Positions 25,401-40,508 of a DNA stretch of 64,000 nucleotides are shown one piece after another. The stretch's first letter is position 1, and each line of letters starts with the position of its first letter. The notes beneath the pieces are model-generated. The model ran no database searches. It was not told where the DNA came from and worked only from the letters and a program-made list of their open reading frames with translations. The translations under genes were made by a program, and so were the position numbers. Location of the stretch: the NCBI GenBank assembly GCA_051362555.1, contig CM120648.1, forward strand, positions 11,218,587 through 11,282,586, given 5' to 3'. This DNA comes from Lingula anatina. Taxonomy: Eukaryota > Animalia > Brachiopoda.

Positions 25401-28400
25401 GCAGACGTTTTCACATTGATATCAAAGTAAATTAACTCATTCTTTTGATAGACAAAATTTGGCAACTTTAACAATAACAACTGTTACTGCTTGGAAAATC
25501 ATATGTACAATTTCACTTTACTTTTAAAAAAAGATTAAAAAAAAACCTTGCTGCAATTAGCAGAAATTTGTGAAAGTGTACTCAATTAACTGACAGGATG
25601 AATGGCGAATTGATGACAGCCATTTGCTGTGTTAAGTACCCTGAAGTCATGAACTCAAGCAGTGGCATTTGTACACTGTTGATGCCCGAGGTGAGAAACC
25701 CCAGTTTGTGTCACCGAGTTTACAACTTCATTTGCACATTTAATGTTAATGTGCACAGAAATAGGCATCCCTGATAGAAATATATGTTGAACTTTTCTTC
25801 ATTTTGTATGCAATATCTGTGCACAGAAAGGTGTGGTGGATGAAAATCCCTTTTAACTTGCCAGAAGGGGTGCAATTAAGGCCAGGAGTAACAGTTGTGT
25901 AGTATTTGCCCAAGGCTATGGCAGACAGTTAAACGATCAGGGATACTGTTAAAGACTTTGCATGCCATCAGCAAACACCCAAACACAGTATAATGCCACC
26001 AGATAAGATGCTTAGGAAGCACAGATATACAGACATGTAAAGAAGATTCAGAAAAGACTCTACTTAAACCTATACTGGGATGATTTGCAGTCCATCATTT
26101 CTTTTTTTTTACCACTTGTGCATTTTACTGCATTTTAAGCAAATTATTGTCGAACAAGAAAAAAAAGCAATTAGAGTAACATGCTGTTTTGAGATGGTAG
26201 ATCCATTTTAAAATTCATTTAAATTAAAAATTTGTGAGAACATTACTTTTATTATAAACGAATGTTAGTCAGAGGAGAGTAATTTTAACTGGAGTTCAAA
26301 AATAATGAAAATACCAAATGCAGTTATGTAAGAATTAACCTGAAAATCCCCTTCATTCAAACCTCATGCAAAAGTTGTGTTATAAGCAGTCAACAGTTGG
26401 AAAATATTGTAATACTATACTTCAAGTTATTTAATCCAACCAAAACTTGTGTAAGAAGCAGGGGGCCTATAATTTGTGTAAGGCTACAATGAGGGCAATC
26501 ATGACACGCACTGCAGTAAAGTTGACAAGCTGCAATGAGATTACAACATCAATTTGCACTAACTTGCTTTTCAAAACTTGCTTTTCACAGATATCAATTT
26601 TTACCTTCAAGCTTTTACTTAGCAAGCAGCCATTCTGGAGTTTGGAATACCAAGTGATGAATAAGTTTAGCTTAAAACAATGAAAAACAATTGAATTCTC
26701 ATTGGAGATCATTTCTGTTCATTGATCCATCATCAGTCTTGTACTGAACAGTGATAACTGAGTGGAAAGTAGTATTTAACCCAAAACATGATAAAAGGGA
26801 GAGTGGGGGGGGGACACAGAGGTTTCTTTTATATTTTTAGGTTTCAGTGCTATACCCAGGAGAACAAGTAATTTCTTTTAGCCTTGTGCCCCCCCCCCCT
26901 CCTCAACCTCTTCTCAGAAATCCTGAACCAGTGGGTGCCACACTGCCAATTATCTCAACAAAATTGCCTTATGGTAACGTAATTTTCATCGAATTGATTT
27001 TGTTTTAGCATTTGGCAAAATGTAACATTGCAGAAAGGCCTTCTGGCCAAACTCTTGCTAAATTCTTCAACAGAAATTAGTACCAATTGGTAGTTTCTCC
27101 CAGCTTTTAATGTAAGAGACAAGTGAAAAGGTGGGAGAAACAGGATTGACTAATATCTGGAGGCCATTTTGTTAATTTCCAGTTAAACTAAATGGACTAC
27201 ACATTTTAAACATATGTGTGTGAATCTGCATGGGAAAGAGTGGTTCAGAAGAAAGTGGAAAAAAACTCGCTGATAAAAACCATTTTAAATGTTTTTTCTT
27301 CACTACAACAAAACTCACAGTACAGGAGAAAGACCAATAACAGATATCTTTGATACCAATCTTGAAAATTGCCACCAACTGATTTACAGCTAGACAACTT
27401 TTTTCTTTCCAATTTAAAATTTTCTTGCAGATTTTTTCAAAATTGTGGAAGGGCATATAGGCTGATAAGTTTGAAAGCTATGCTGCAAAGCTGATGTTGA
27501 TCCTCGAAAAAAAAATAATCTTTCACAAAAATCAGGTTCTCCTTTCATCTCCAGAAACAGTATTGGTAATAATGCAGGAAGGAAACCACAACACTGGCAT
27601 GAAGTCTGGAAGCCTTCTTTTTCTTTTTTTTTCCATGTTGCCATGCAGAGACAAAAAAAGTTTGTCAGTACTGAATAACCTGCCATTTAAATTGCACTCA
27701 ATGAACCTTCTTTCCTTCTCCAAAAACCCTTGAGTTGCAAAAATAAGCAATTATGTTTATACTTTATTGGTTTTCCGGTCAAACATTTTCAGGTGCTCAA
27801 AAATGTCTCAATGTGAACCTTTGTCTTTTCTTCTTTGGCTTTGAGAGCAAGTGATTTAACAATTATTTTCATTGTCCATTCATTTTTCTGTTCACCACTT
27901 CTTTTTTCATGTTTGAATGACTTCCTTTAGGCTACATTTCACCTATTAAAAATATAATCTCCAACAGAAGTCAATCTTTTTTTAAACAAGAGAGATGAAC
28001 AACGTGTCAAACTTCAATTAATTTCTCTATTTAAGAAGACAGATATGAAAGTTCATTTTGGTGTGAAAATACTGTCGAGTCATTCCACAGAATCCTTCAA
28101 TTCATCATTTTATTGGACACTATTTATACATTGGGTCACCAATCGTGCTTATAACCCAAAACAGGCATGACTGGTCCATATATTGCTGAAACCATCAGCT
28201 TTCAAATCTAACAAAATCTGTCCTGTGAATTAAGCCTTTTTGGTTTGATGAGGGCAAACGTGGGCAAGGAACCACTCTGGAACATATTTGTTCATGTGTC
28301 TGCCAGCTGACGAGCACTGTATCAATGAAGCAACAGTTGCCTTGGAGAACTGTGGGATTACCTTGTTAATCCACAGACGTCCCCGCCCTCCCGTGGACAA

Positions 28401-29059
28401 GATCAACTGCACACGCTGGTTACAGAAACACCGTCTGGCAATGGTATCACAGAGCTGTGTATCTTCTCTCTACTGCCTGTATCTCTCCGCTTGCACACCT
28501 CCTCCATATGTATTTCATAGTCTCATAGGAAATACACTGCTTTCTCTGGGGGTCTAGAGAAATGTGGCTTTTTTTTTTCAATGCAGGCTGGCATGTTTCT
28601 TTTTAACTCTCTTAAGACGAACTGACTCTTCAATAATGCAGTTGTTGTGTTCACATTTTGAACACATGTATGTTTTTGATTGAAGGAAGGGGGATCTTGG
28701 TAATTCTACCTCTCTAATATACAAAACACATGCATACACATACACATACACATACAAATACATATGCAAATGCACACACACACACACACAATGCAAATAT
28801 GCACAATCTCCCTCTCTTTCTCACATTTTTCAATGAAGAAACAATAATCTATACTTTCCATACCCTTATTTAATTTCAAGTCTACGTTCTGTGTAGAAGA
28901 CAAAGTAATAGTTGAAGTGGACAAAGTGGTTTTTAAAGAAGCATACAGTGTTTCAGAATCTGCCAAAAGATCTATAAAACTTGTAAGTCTACATGTGGTA
29001 GCAGTTTTCCAGCAAGGTCATACAAAGTTTTTCAAGTGTTCACAATCAACCAGACAAGC

Positions 29060-29092
<33 letters not shown>

Positions 29093-31504
29093 AGTAAGGC
29101 AGTTTTCATATCTGAAGAGACATTCAAATACTAGGTATTTTATACAAATATCATTATTCATTTTTAAAAAGTGAATGCCTCTTGTATGCTATTATTGTAA
29201 GACTTAAATACCCCCGTGGAGTAGAATTTGATAAGCAGTCCTAATAAGGAAATCAATGGCCAAAGTGGCACTAATGAACAGACAATTCTTTAAGACAGAT
29301 GAAACAGCAAAACCAACAGCTAAATGATCAATTATGGTGGGTGGAATGCACCATGATGAGGAGGCCCTAATTGAAGCTTCGGACTCCAAATTAGACTTTC
29401 TATCTGATTTCCAGTCTGAAGTGAGTTTTCAAATCGATTCAGGGTGTGTGAATTACAAGGAGTATGGAACACGCATTAAAAGCTGAGAGTGTCTCTAGAG
29501 ATATATCAGAATCATGGCTTATAATTTTTTTCCATGCAATTATTACATCAGCATAAATACAAGTGCAATAGACGTACATCCAAATTTGATTTGTACCATT
29601 TTTCTGAGACGTTTGCAATAATTGATTCTTGTGACAAATTTAAATCAATTTCTATTTCATTTATTTCTTCGAAAGCATTCAATTATTTGCTGACTGTTGG
29701 ACTGTCATGATTATAGATTCTTTCAACACTTTTTATTGATTATTCACAATTTAGTACAATGATTTAATTTAATTAAGTAATAGTATGTAACAGACCAACA
29801 TTACCCATACTAGTGATATAGGGTAACCCTTATTGACCAACAGTACAGGATAACTATTTGTTTAACAGTACAGGGCAACACTTATTAAAAAGAGCAAGTT
29901 TTAACACCAAAACACAAGAAGCAAATCTATCCTTCTCGTGGATTGATTTGGGATCATTAAACACCTGTCAAGGCCGATTTACATACAGGTAACTCACTGC
30001 ATTCCCCAGAAATTTCACACCTCATAAAAATATCCCCCACTTCCTCTGACTTAATTGAACTGTTACTCAAGACCAGGAAAAGAAAGGGGAATGCCCAAGA
30101 TGTGCACAAGTGAGAATCCAGGTAAATTACCCCATCCTTTGATGCAGAAACACAAACACTTATCCTCCTCTTATCTTGCTGTTACTAAAACCTGGATATG
30201 AGAGTAATTTTGGCCCCTAAGTCAAGTGTATACTAGTAGAAGGTCATTATTTTTAAATCACTGTTCAAACACTGCAACAGAAAATAAGGTGAATAATTTT
30301 TTTTTTTTTTCTCTGTAAAAAAAGCACCTCTCTTATCCAAACACACACACACAAATAATAAGTTTGTGTTAATGATAAACACACTCATGCAATTTTGTGT
30401 TCTTTCTGATTTGTTTTTATATGAAGTCAAAAGCCCAAAGGGATGTACAAATCATGTTACATATTTCACTTCTCTGGGCTTAGGTGTAGTGCTTTAAGAA
30501 ATGTCTTAATTCTCTTTTTTTTTTTTTTTTTTTTTTTTTGTTTTTTGTTTGGGGGGGATTTTACAATGAAAATTGGTTCAAAAACAGTGGTTTGATAAAA
30601 AACCATCTGTTAAAACTCAACATACCAGACTAGAAAACACGGATTATACAGGTTTGTTTCCTTTTGGCAGAAAAAACTAATACTGTAGATGAATCAAGCA
30701 ATGAAATCAACACAAGATGTTCCTTACCTTTGATAATGCATAGGTTTACAACTATCAATTTATTTACCATGTGCTTTTTTATAAGCACTGGTGGTCTAAG
30801 TATTCTGAATTTTTTTTGCATTTACTTTTGATTGATAGAAACTACAAAATAATGGGCAATTCAAAATAGGTAGTGCAATTGCAGGGCACGGGTATATCAG
30901 AGTACTGACCATGGCCAAACTGAATATATATTACAACCAGTTTCTTGTACTTTTCAAGCATGAAGGTCCACACATTGACCAGTAATATGGGTAATTTAGA
31001 GGTCTTCATGAAATATAATTCTAGAGTCCATGTATCAAATTACTGTCAAAGGGAATCAGAATTGTGTTCACGATTTTCAAAAATAAAGGCATGTATCGTT
31101 TAGAAATAAGATATTAAAAAACAAGGATCGTGTTGGGTTTTAACCATAACTCCGTAAAAAGTTCCTTCAAGGTGGCCGAACAGGAGAAATTTAGTTACAG
31201 GGGTCTGGGGATAGCTTTATGATCATCAGATTTTCAGGAAAAAAAAAAAAAAAAAAAAAAAAAAACAATCAAATCATTGCCTTGGTTCCAAGGTTTAATT
31301 GCTAGGCCCCTGCAGTGACGGTGCTGGTGGAGGCAGGGAGACCATGAGGTAATAATTCAAAGTCGGCCATATTTAGTCCCCTGACCTGTACGTCCGCAGA
31401 TCAACTTGTTCTGAATGTCCTCTTATGCCAAATTTTCATGAACCAAGTTGTTTTAAGCAACCACTCCATACAAAGTATATATATATATATATAATATATC
31501 TTAC

Positions 31505-31642
31505 CTCCGTTCATACCCCACACACCAGTTGTTCATGTAGCCGCAATTTGGCTTCCACACCTTGACCATGCGCGGGTACGCGCGTATGCACGGCTGCTGT
31601 ATCGGAACTGTTTCCACGTCTTGGTACGAACACACATTTGGC
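31505..31642 (-). CDS. MEGF6: MEGF6-like exon 2, N-half of EMI domain
   Basis: ttcag|...|gtaag boundaries, 138 nt, phase 2/2. Translation (M)PNVCSYQDVETVPIQQPCIRAYPRMVKVWKPNCGYMNNWCVGYER(R) matches the PNVC...QPC...VWK..C...WCVG.ERR pattern I recognise from the MEGF6 EMI domain. Confidence 0.9.
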
Positions 31643-31975
31643 CTGAAATGAGTTGATTTGAATGATCAGATATATTCGAAGATTTTATTGTACAAAAAGG
31701 ATGTATCACAGAAACACTCAGATATATGGCATTAATGGTTATAAATACAATTATAAAGAGAGAAACCATATAAATATGAAAAATATTTATATAAAATAAA
31801 TAAAATATTGAAATATTCTGTTATGAAAGAATGTATATCAGGCACTAAATATAGGGATTCAATTCCATATATTTTGTTATTTTGTTATAACAAAAGATGT
31901 ATAACAAAACATTAAAATCAAAGAAAGCATGCTGCAGGTATTTTCATAAAAGCTGTGTACGCAAACACATACAAA

Positions 31976-32006
<31 letters not shown>

Positions 32007-34045
32007 CACTTCAAATTCCTCACCACAAACATATAACACTGACCCAAAGATTAAGATGCACTCGACAAGCCAAGTCACTTTCACAGGAAAGGAAATGTTT
32101 TATCACTGACAAAATAAAAAAGCAGGAAGAGCATCCACCCTGTATGAGAGAGAAGGCACAGGGATGGAGGAAGTGACCAGCAACCAACCCTAATATATTA
32201 CAAACTGGACAGTTTACCACTGCAAATCTTGACCAGTTCAGTGATTTATTTACAGTACCTTACACAGTCTCCATTTATTTGAACAACCAAAAACCCTGTA
32301 CTGAAGTAACCTAGACTTTATGTGATATGGTGTTGAGTGGACATTTTAAGTTCATAACAGGACACTGAAGTCTCATTTGCATGTGAGTAATAATATCTCT
32401 GACCAAGTAACTTCAATACAGTAAGACAATCTCATCAAAATACACTTACTAGTACACGTCATACATACTAGATTCTTCTTGAAATTTTTTAGAAATGTCA
32501 AAATCCCTCATTGTTCCTGAAGCTAAAAAAGGCTGAAGTGTCACTATTCATTATGGAATTCAACTAGATTTTTATAAAAGAAGTGCATCTTAAACACAGC
32601 TACCCCCCTCCCCCCGGCACTCCCCCTGCAACCACGGATCCTAAAATCTAGACCTGTCTCTAACTTGTCACAATACATTCCAACACAGACATAATGGCTA
32701 AAAATCACAGTAGTTACCCATTATGACTTCTGTCAACAATAGAATTACCCATAAAATGGCATCTTATTTATCTCCATTTTGATCAACATAGCTGTTACAG
32801 TACTGTATCTACCAACTACTCAGCTGTCATCCTGCTGCCGTCATATCAAGATGGAATTAAATGGGATTTCTTTATGATTTTGGAGATCAGCTTTAAGATA
32901 GAAGTGTCCTTTAAGTGCTGTTCATCTGTAGACAGAAGTGCCTGTCGTTACCGGTATTGTGTTCATAAGAGGAGACCTGGTATTATCTATTTGAAGGAAA
33001 ATCTGTCAAGATTGTCATTGGCAGGTTGCATTCACACCAAGCCTATCTTAGACCAGGTAGTTAAATTGACATCTTCAGACAATATGGTTATACAAGATCC
33101 TTCCCCCCCCCCCAGCTCCTTAATGGACATCCAATTATATATCCAATGCTAAGTAATATGGCTATCCAGTGACATCATCAAGACTATTACCAGTTGTTGG
33201 CACATTTGACTTGTTGGTATTCATTAGAGAGTGGCAGAGGTCAGGCAACCTGTTTCAGTCCTTCAAATTACACTTCTAAATTATTTTTTTCTTAAGAAAG
33301 ATGGTGGCTCCTCACAAGCATATTCTTATCATTATTATCATAATAACCATTATCATTATTATTATCACAATCATTTTTATTATTATTACTAATACTAGTA
33401 CTTGACCTGTATTTGTTAACTTTGGAGAATAAAAACACAATTTGTCAAATCAGATTCACTTTGATGAATGAATCAAAATGTAACTGTGAAAATATATTAC
33501 TCCCTCAATCTAATTTCATACCAAAATCACACTACATAGCATAGTAGTACAAATATTTCAGGTATTCAATAAATAGGAAGCCAGAAACTGGGTCCATAAC
33601 TTTGTCACAAATAGGTCAGTCCCTCTCCAGGGCAGTCGGTCCTTGGTATGATGTCCAATACATGATGACCCTCATCAGAAAAGAACTGGTCAACCCATTC
33701 AGCTGGGAAATGGGGTCATTTGGTAACTTTGATGGTCAGACTGAGACCTCAGTTTAAAAAGGCACAGTGGTTTTTCTGCTGTGCAACATGCATAAAACCA
33801 TATGGGTTCTTCCAAATTAAAATTCTACAAGGCCCAAAGGGCAAAAAACTGACAAGCCTTTCATCTGGGAGCTATATGGTGAATTTGGTCTCTGCATGGC
33901 TGATCATCTTTCAGTTAATGCGGTAAATTCATGTAAAATATGGCGATAATCACCAATTCTGGTTTGACGACTATCGAAATAAAAAAAAAGAGAAATCTCA
34001 TTCTAATGCATGGGACTCACCGACATATTCTTCAATACACTATAA

Positions 34046-34103
34046 GGCTTCGTTCACTGGTAAGTCTATTTTCTAAAAATCTATTTTCTATGTGAACGAA
34101 GCC
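34046..34103. mobile_element. MITE family B, 58-bp internal-deletion derivative
   Basis: Both termini (GGCTTCGTTCAC / GTGAACGAAGCC) and the TAA TSD are retained. Confidence 0.88.
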
Positions 34104-34668
34104 TAAGAATGAATAATAAATAACATGCATTGTCAACTTTTTATTAAGCTAATTATCAATATTTGAGTTTAAAATGCTGGATGACTAGCATTAAGGACTT
34201 AACTTTGAAATGTATGTCAGTGTTCAGTCATCAGATCAATGTAGTCAAATATATAAGTACTGGGACATAAATGATAACTGTTTTAATGCCTATGAAAAAA
34301 TAACATGGGGTAGCAAGATGCTGCAGAAAACTGAACCTATATGGGAGCTATTTTGAAATTTCTTACATGAAAGACTGGATAATTAATTGTCTTTAGTGTA
34401 TTACAAGAGAGATAGAATGGGGGGGGGGGGGGGGGGGCGGAATCCAGGCACAAAATCAGGCAGTCTGAGTCAAATCACGTCGTGTCAACTAATTCTGTTA
34501 TAAAACTGTCATTAAATAAATTCAGCACCTGTAGACATCAAAATTTTAATCCCACTTGGCATCTAGATTTTGACATATGCCTCATCCCTGTCTGACCCAT
34601 TAAAAAAAGACAGCATCATTGACATTATCTTTTTGTCAGCCAAAGTGTAAGAAAATCATGTAGGTCTA

Positions 34669-34924
34669 GGACTTGGTTCCCATCCCTAAATTGATCTACC
34701 AGGATCAGTCCATTTCCATGGGGTTTCTCACTAAATTGTTTTAAGCGAAGTGGCCTAAATATCTGCGATGCCTACTAAAGCTGCTAAACAATAGTTAATT
34801 ACCCCCTATCAGCTCCAGTAGGTGTGACAGACATCTAAGTCTCTAAATTTAATTGAAATTAAGCGAGAATCCCCTTGGAGGTAGTTCGATCCAAAATTAG
34901 TACGATAGGGTCTGGGAACGGTCT
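34669..34924. mobile_element. MITE family A-related, degenerate
   Basis: GGACTTGGTTCCCA ... TCTGGGAACGGTCT with CTA TSD; shares AGTTAATTACCCCCT with family A. Confidence 0.7.
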
Positions 34925-36164
34925 CTAGAATGCACTTCTGTGACTTGTGAAAACTTCTTACAGTGTACACTAGCACACTCCGCCCCAGACTTCAATTAAT
35001 ACTAGACAACGCTCCTCCAGATAAGGAAGGATTAACTCGGTAAAATTGGTTATCACAAAAATGTGTTTTTCATATCTGAATACACCTCAATCTTTTTGAT
35101 GTGTAGATTATCACCACATGCCTATCAGAATTACGACCTCCATTGAATAGGTGGGATTATTAGCGAGTGTGAAAAAACTCTTAAGCAAGTTGTATGCACT
35201 TTACAACAGGAGTACGAGGAGACTAGGGGCTTTCTTTACTGAGGATCTAAATCAAAAGTTGGTCTTAACTTAGAGATGACACTTTTAGTATATTTTGACC
35301 CAAGATAAATCAGTAGCAGTCCAATTAAATGAAATATTGCACCTGTTTTATATAATGAAATAAATAGAGGATCTTTAAGGTCCAAAGTTAATTTGCTTCA
35401 ATGGCTTAGTAACTGTCTATGGGTTTTTCCTGTACTGGAGTAGTCTACATTCTAAAACAGTCTAAAATTTAGATGTTAATTGTAAGTTTCATAGGGCACA
35501 AGGTCAGCCTGAATAACAAACAAGTTAATTACAATAACCCAAATTTGATTCCATTAATCCACGATGTGCACACAAATACAAGAAAACTTCTGAAAGACAA
35601 CTTCTTTTGCCTTGAAAAGCACAGGGTTTGAATATGACTTCCAAAGTTTTCTCAATGAAAAGTGTCAGATATTTAATTCTTTTTCATTAGGAACACAAGA
35701 TCAACCTATCCAGACCCAGATAATATCTAATTCCAACATTTTCTGACCTGAACGGCACTGTCGCCTGTCAGAGGAGGTGTGACATACTTCTGATACCCGT
35801 CATTATGTGAATCTCTAGAAAGAGTGATTAGGAGAACCTAACACCCCTCATTATAAGGTGTGATAATATAAGACTGTAATGTTGCCTTTACCCCTGTGTT
35901 TTCCTCTCCATCAATCTTGAGTTAATGCACCACATTTCTGCAGTTTATCACCAAAATTTCCACAAAAAGATATTGTTCCATTTATGATAAAATACTTCCG
36001 AAAATTTATTGCTTGGTTGGGGGTCTGTGGCTTCATGGCTCTATTTTGGCTTCATGACTCTATTTTATCTTCACACAGAGATTTGTTTTCAAATTTTCTT
36101 TCCAAAAAGAAATAACTTTGATTCCAATTGTATTATTTCATGGTGAATCACTCCACCCTCCCCT

Positions 36165-36172
36165 CACACACA

Positions 36173-36220
<48 letters not shown>
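36165..36220. repeat. (CA)n microsatellite
   Basis: Directly visible. Confidence 0.95.
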
Positions 36221-36224
<4 letters not shown>

Positions 36225-36292
36225 TGCACATTCATATTCAAGCTCTCTCACACACCATATTTCCCAAAATTGCTATTCAGAGCAATGTCTCA

Positions 36293-36559
36293 CAGGGGAA
36301 GATCCAGGATTATTTGAGGGGGGGGGGGAGGGTCCAGTTTCTTTTTAAGAATGACAGGCCTTGGATGCAAAGCCAACCCTTGCCCCCTTGGTGTGGGCTT
36401 GGTGTTTTGGGGCCAAACAGTGCCATTTTGTGCAGTTTAGAACTATGATTCAGTTTTCAGAATTCTAATATCAAGAGAGGATTATTGATATGATATTTTC
36501 CTGACACCAAAAGGGGGGTCAGGACCCCCCCCACACCCGGACCCCTACTTCAGCCACTG
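36293..36559. mobile_element. Degenerate CAG...CTG MITE
   Basis: CAGGGGAAGATCCAGG ... TCAGCCACTG with TCTCA/CCTCA flanks and G/C-run subtermini. Confidence 0.6.
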
Positions 36560-37225
36560 CCTCATAGACCACACATGTAATGCAAATAGTCAGTTAAACA
36601 CTAGTATTTCCTCAGCAATGGCTTGTTTGATAACACCTCTCTATTTGTGCCACTTGGGTACGCAAACACCACTAACACACCGTGTCAACATGCCTAAAGA
36701 AAAGCCGCTATTTCTACCCAATGACATATCACATTAGACACTAAAACCAGAAAGTATTTCCTATTTCCTCTTTTTACAAGTCTTTATATTGTTCTCCCCA
36801 ACTTGTGCTGGTAGTTCATTCCATTACATATTTACAAGACAAATTATAAGTTGATTGCATTATACAGGAGTTCACAGCATGGGGTAAAGTAATCAAATTT
36901 AAACTGACATCTTGAATATGAAGTTACTATCTGACTAAAATAAGAAGCCCTCTTTATTGTGAAGCAGGCTCGACACCTATGCAGTATACTGCTACTGTAA
37001 CTGATTCGAAGTAGACTAAATTTTTAGTCTTAAACTGAAGACAACTTAGAATTCATTAGTCCCAAGTGCAAGGCAGATGCTATACAGAGTCAACATAACT
37101 TGTGAGCTGCATGAAAGAAGAAGAAGAAACTACCCCCCCCCCTCCACCCATTCACACAACCCTGGGGTTCTGAGATCATTGGAAACTCTGCTCTATTCCC
37201 AGCATGCCTCATCCATCCCTTCCCA

Positions 37226-37670
37226 GAGCACATTCAAAACAGTGGACTAACAGATCTGTGGATCAAATATGGTGAGTCACTAAAAAGCTTGCCACTTAAT
37301 TCCTGATTAGACATTGAATAGATTCCCCACGGGAATTACCCAACAAGCATCCAAGTGGGTCAGCCATACTTGATCTGCAGATCTGTTAGTCTTCATTCAC
37401 ATGGAAAGTCTATTTTCTAAATTCTATTTTCTATTCGCGGTATGTTTAGTGATCACGATCTGTGCCCTGAATGTCCCGCGGCGTAATTACTGGCAGCGCG
37501 AGCCAGTTACTTATAGTAACTTATAGTCACTGGCTCGCGCTGCCAGTAATTACGCCGCGGGATATTCAGGGCACAGACAGTGATCATAAGATACCGCGAA
37601 TAGAAAATAGAATTTAGAAAATAGACTTTCCATGTGAACGAAGCCTTAGTCTGCTGTTCTGAATGTGCCC
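37226..37670. mobile_element. MITE family C (host of the nested family B copy)
   Basis: About 45-bp TIRs GAGCACATTCAAAACAGTGGACTAACAGATCTG / CAGATCTGTTA[insert]GTCTGCTGTTCTGAATGTGCCC. Confidence 0.8.
37389..37645. mobile_element. MITE family B nested in a family C element
   Basis: Near-identical to the 44632 copy; TTA TSD; interrupts the right TIR of the host element. Confidence 0.92.
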
Positions 37671-40508
37671 TCTGCCATCCCCTTCCAGGCTACTAAAAGG
37701 AGACAGTTTCCATTAATCTGTGAAACTCAGGGTAACACAGCCTTCTAACTGAAACCAGAGCATGACCAGCGCGTTTCTCGGCTGTTATCAAGGTGTTGTT
37801 CACACTCTGTCGCAGGCCCTCATTTTTGCGGAAAACCAGATCCAATTGTTGAGAGGCATCAAGTTTTGAATCAAACAGTGCCTCCACGGCCATAACTCAA
37901 CCACTAATGGGCATTGCTATACAGATGCAAATAACAAACGACAAACAATTATTTCTTGAAAAGTTAAGATCCCATTTTGCACAGTACACATTGCTGTTAT
38001 GTTCGGCTTCCTTTGAAAGCGGGATAGGGACAGCAAATACAATGTCCATTAAATTGCAGATTGACACAGTGGGTCAAAGATAATGAGTAAAATTTCTACC
38101 TGTAAATAAATACAAAATCAGGAGATTGTAGGTAAAAAAATTACAAAATTCATTCATTTTTAATCATCATCTGTAGTAACTATTTGGTAATTTCTCCCTT
38201 TTTAGTCACCGAAAGAACTTATTATAAACTTTTTCACAGTCTGTTAGGGTTGATAGCATTCCAGAAGGATTTTTTTTAATCAAAAGAAAAATCCATGAAA
38301 AATCACCACCCCATCAGAGCAGTGACACAAATATTTACATTTCACTCGGACTACTGCAACCCTATAGCTTTATTTACTGAGGCTATTGTTTGTTTGTTTG
38401 TTTATCTATCTATTTTCACACAGTGCCTGTAATTCACCCATGTAGTGAAGCCTTGCTCCTATTACAAACTGAAATATTTCAGCAGAAATTTTCTGGATCT
38501 GAATCATTTTTCTAAAATCAGCTTGTGATTGCGTAACAGCATTCCTGGTTCCGTGTCCATTGGTCTTAATAAGAACTAACCTAATTCGGTCTAAATGGTG
38601 TCAAAAGCATTAGTAAATTGTAATCAGACTGATATACTCAGAAAGACTCCATGGGCATCATATCAAAACCATATTTGTTAGTGTTAATAATTGGTTTTCA
38701 CTTAATTATTACTAAATGAGATCCCTCAGGGAGACCGATTTAAATTCGCTTTGAATGAACACAAGTGAACAAGACTAATACCAATCATGGAAGGGAAGCT
38801 ATCTTGGTCCAATTCAGTATCCAACATCAGTTTCCAAAATCAACTGTTCAGTTTTGTACTCCCAGAGAAATTTAATATATCTTTACTTTTCACCCATTGA
38901 GTCAGTTTAAACAGACTTCACTATACACTGTATTATGTACTTGCAAGAAATCTAATTTATCTCAAATTTTCCTGGGCAGAATCAGTTTCCACATTGGACT
39001 GGAGATCTCTGGCTTTAGCAATCGAAATCTAATTAAAGTCTCCCTTAAACTTGTCAGTACTAATCAAGGCCACGGTAATCCACAGTTGACTGTTTTGGCC
39101 GATCTTAAAGCCCGAGATTGCAGAAACTGAAATAACAATCCACTACTTGCCAGTTAGAGGAACTGTCAAACTGGCGACACAGGAATCTCACTCCACTATT
39201 TCTACAGGGCCCCTTCAACATATAATGCACTTTCTGACTACACTGCTTTCCATGTGTACTTTTACTGAAAACTCCTACGCAATGTCAGTTTTATTTCTTC
39301 TTAAAATAACTCATTTTTTAATCCCTTCATTTTAGCATTTGTGTACTTATCCATGTCCAACCTTATATAAGAATTTTAAAACATTTGATTTACACTATGC
39401 TGAAAGATCAGCTCAGAGACTGCAGTTCACATAAGAGCATATAAATAATAGAGGTCATTATGGAAAGAGCTGCTTAGGAAGACCTTCAGTTTTTTATTGG
39501 CTTCTTTTTATCTGTAGGACTATTACTGTAAACTATAATGATTCCCATTATGGAATAAACACTGCTGATGTTAACTCATAAAAACTGCTTCCTAATCTGA
39601 CGTTTACATTTTGCAGCTTTTCTTTAAAATTCTTGTGTAGACTTTAAGAGGGGGGGAGGGGGAGGGGTAGAAATTGGCCTCCTGACTGGCACAGTGAAAT
39701 TTAAACAGCTGGCAGCCTGCAGACGAGTGCATTTTATACGTATTTAATCCCCATCTACATTGAAGTGTTGGGGAAAACAGTGTAATGCATCCAGCCAATA
39801 ATCCCCCACCCCGGGTTGTTTATGTTTATTGTAATCATTACACGGGAGCAAGGGGGACTGATTTTCACCTCAATATATCTGCCCTAGCGTTATACAGGTA
39901 CAACAACATGGAGGAGTTATTGTAGAAACTAATACCATGCAACGTGAATACGAAGGAATGCCCAGGCAACAATGAGTCTATGTATGCGAAAAAACACCAA
40001 CATTTTTAACTCGCTTCGGTATAATGGGTCCTGTTTGTACCCCCCTGTTTTGCCTTTCACAAGGGTACAATCTGGTTTACATTTTTCTTTCTTTTCGCAC
40101 ATGCCATGCTTGGAGTGTGTTGGGTTTGAGTTGCTTTTTACAAAAGAAATGAGAGCTAGTAGAGGCTGGGTGTGAAAAGCATCACATACTGTGCTAACAT
40201 GCAACCAACACCACGGATGATTTTGGAGGAAATGTTAAACTGCTATTTTAGTCTTCAATCTGAGTTTTGAAAGAGGGTGGGGAAAAGTTATAAGTATTCA
40301 AAGATTGAATGAGAGGCTCGGAATAAGTTGTAATTGTTATATTTCAAGGGATTAAAGTTTTCAACTTTGATTCTAGCTTTGCTATGCCAATTTGACTTGG
40401 TGAAATCAATTAGACTAGCACAATGTAGCACATTGTAACGCGTCTAAAATCCGATATAGCACTGTTTACAGTCAGAACAATTAAGTGACAAATTTTACAA
40501 CTACTTAC

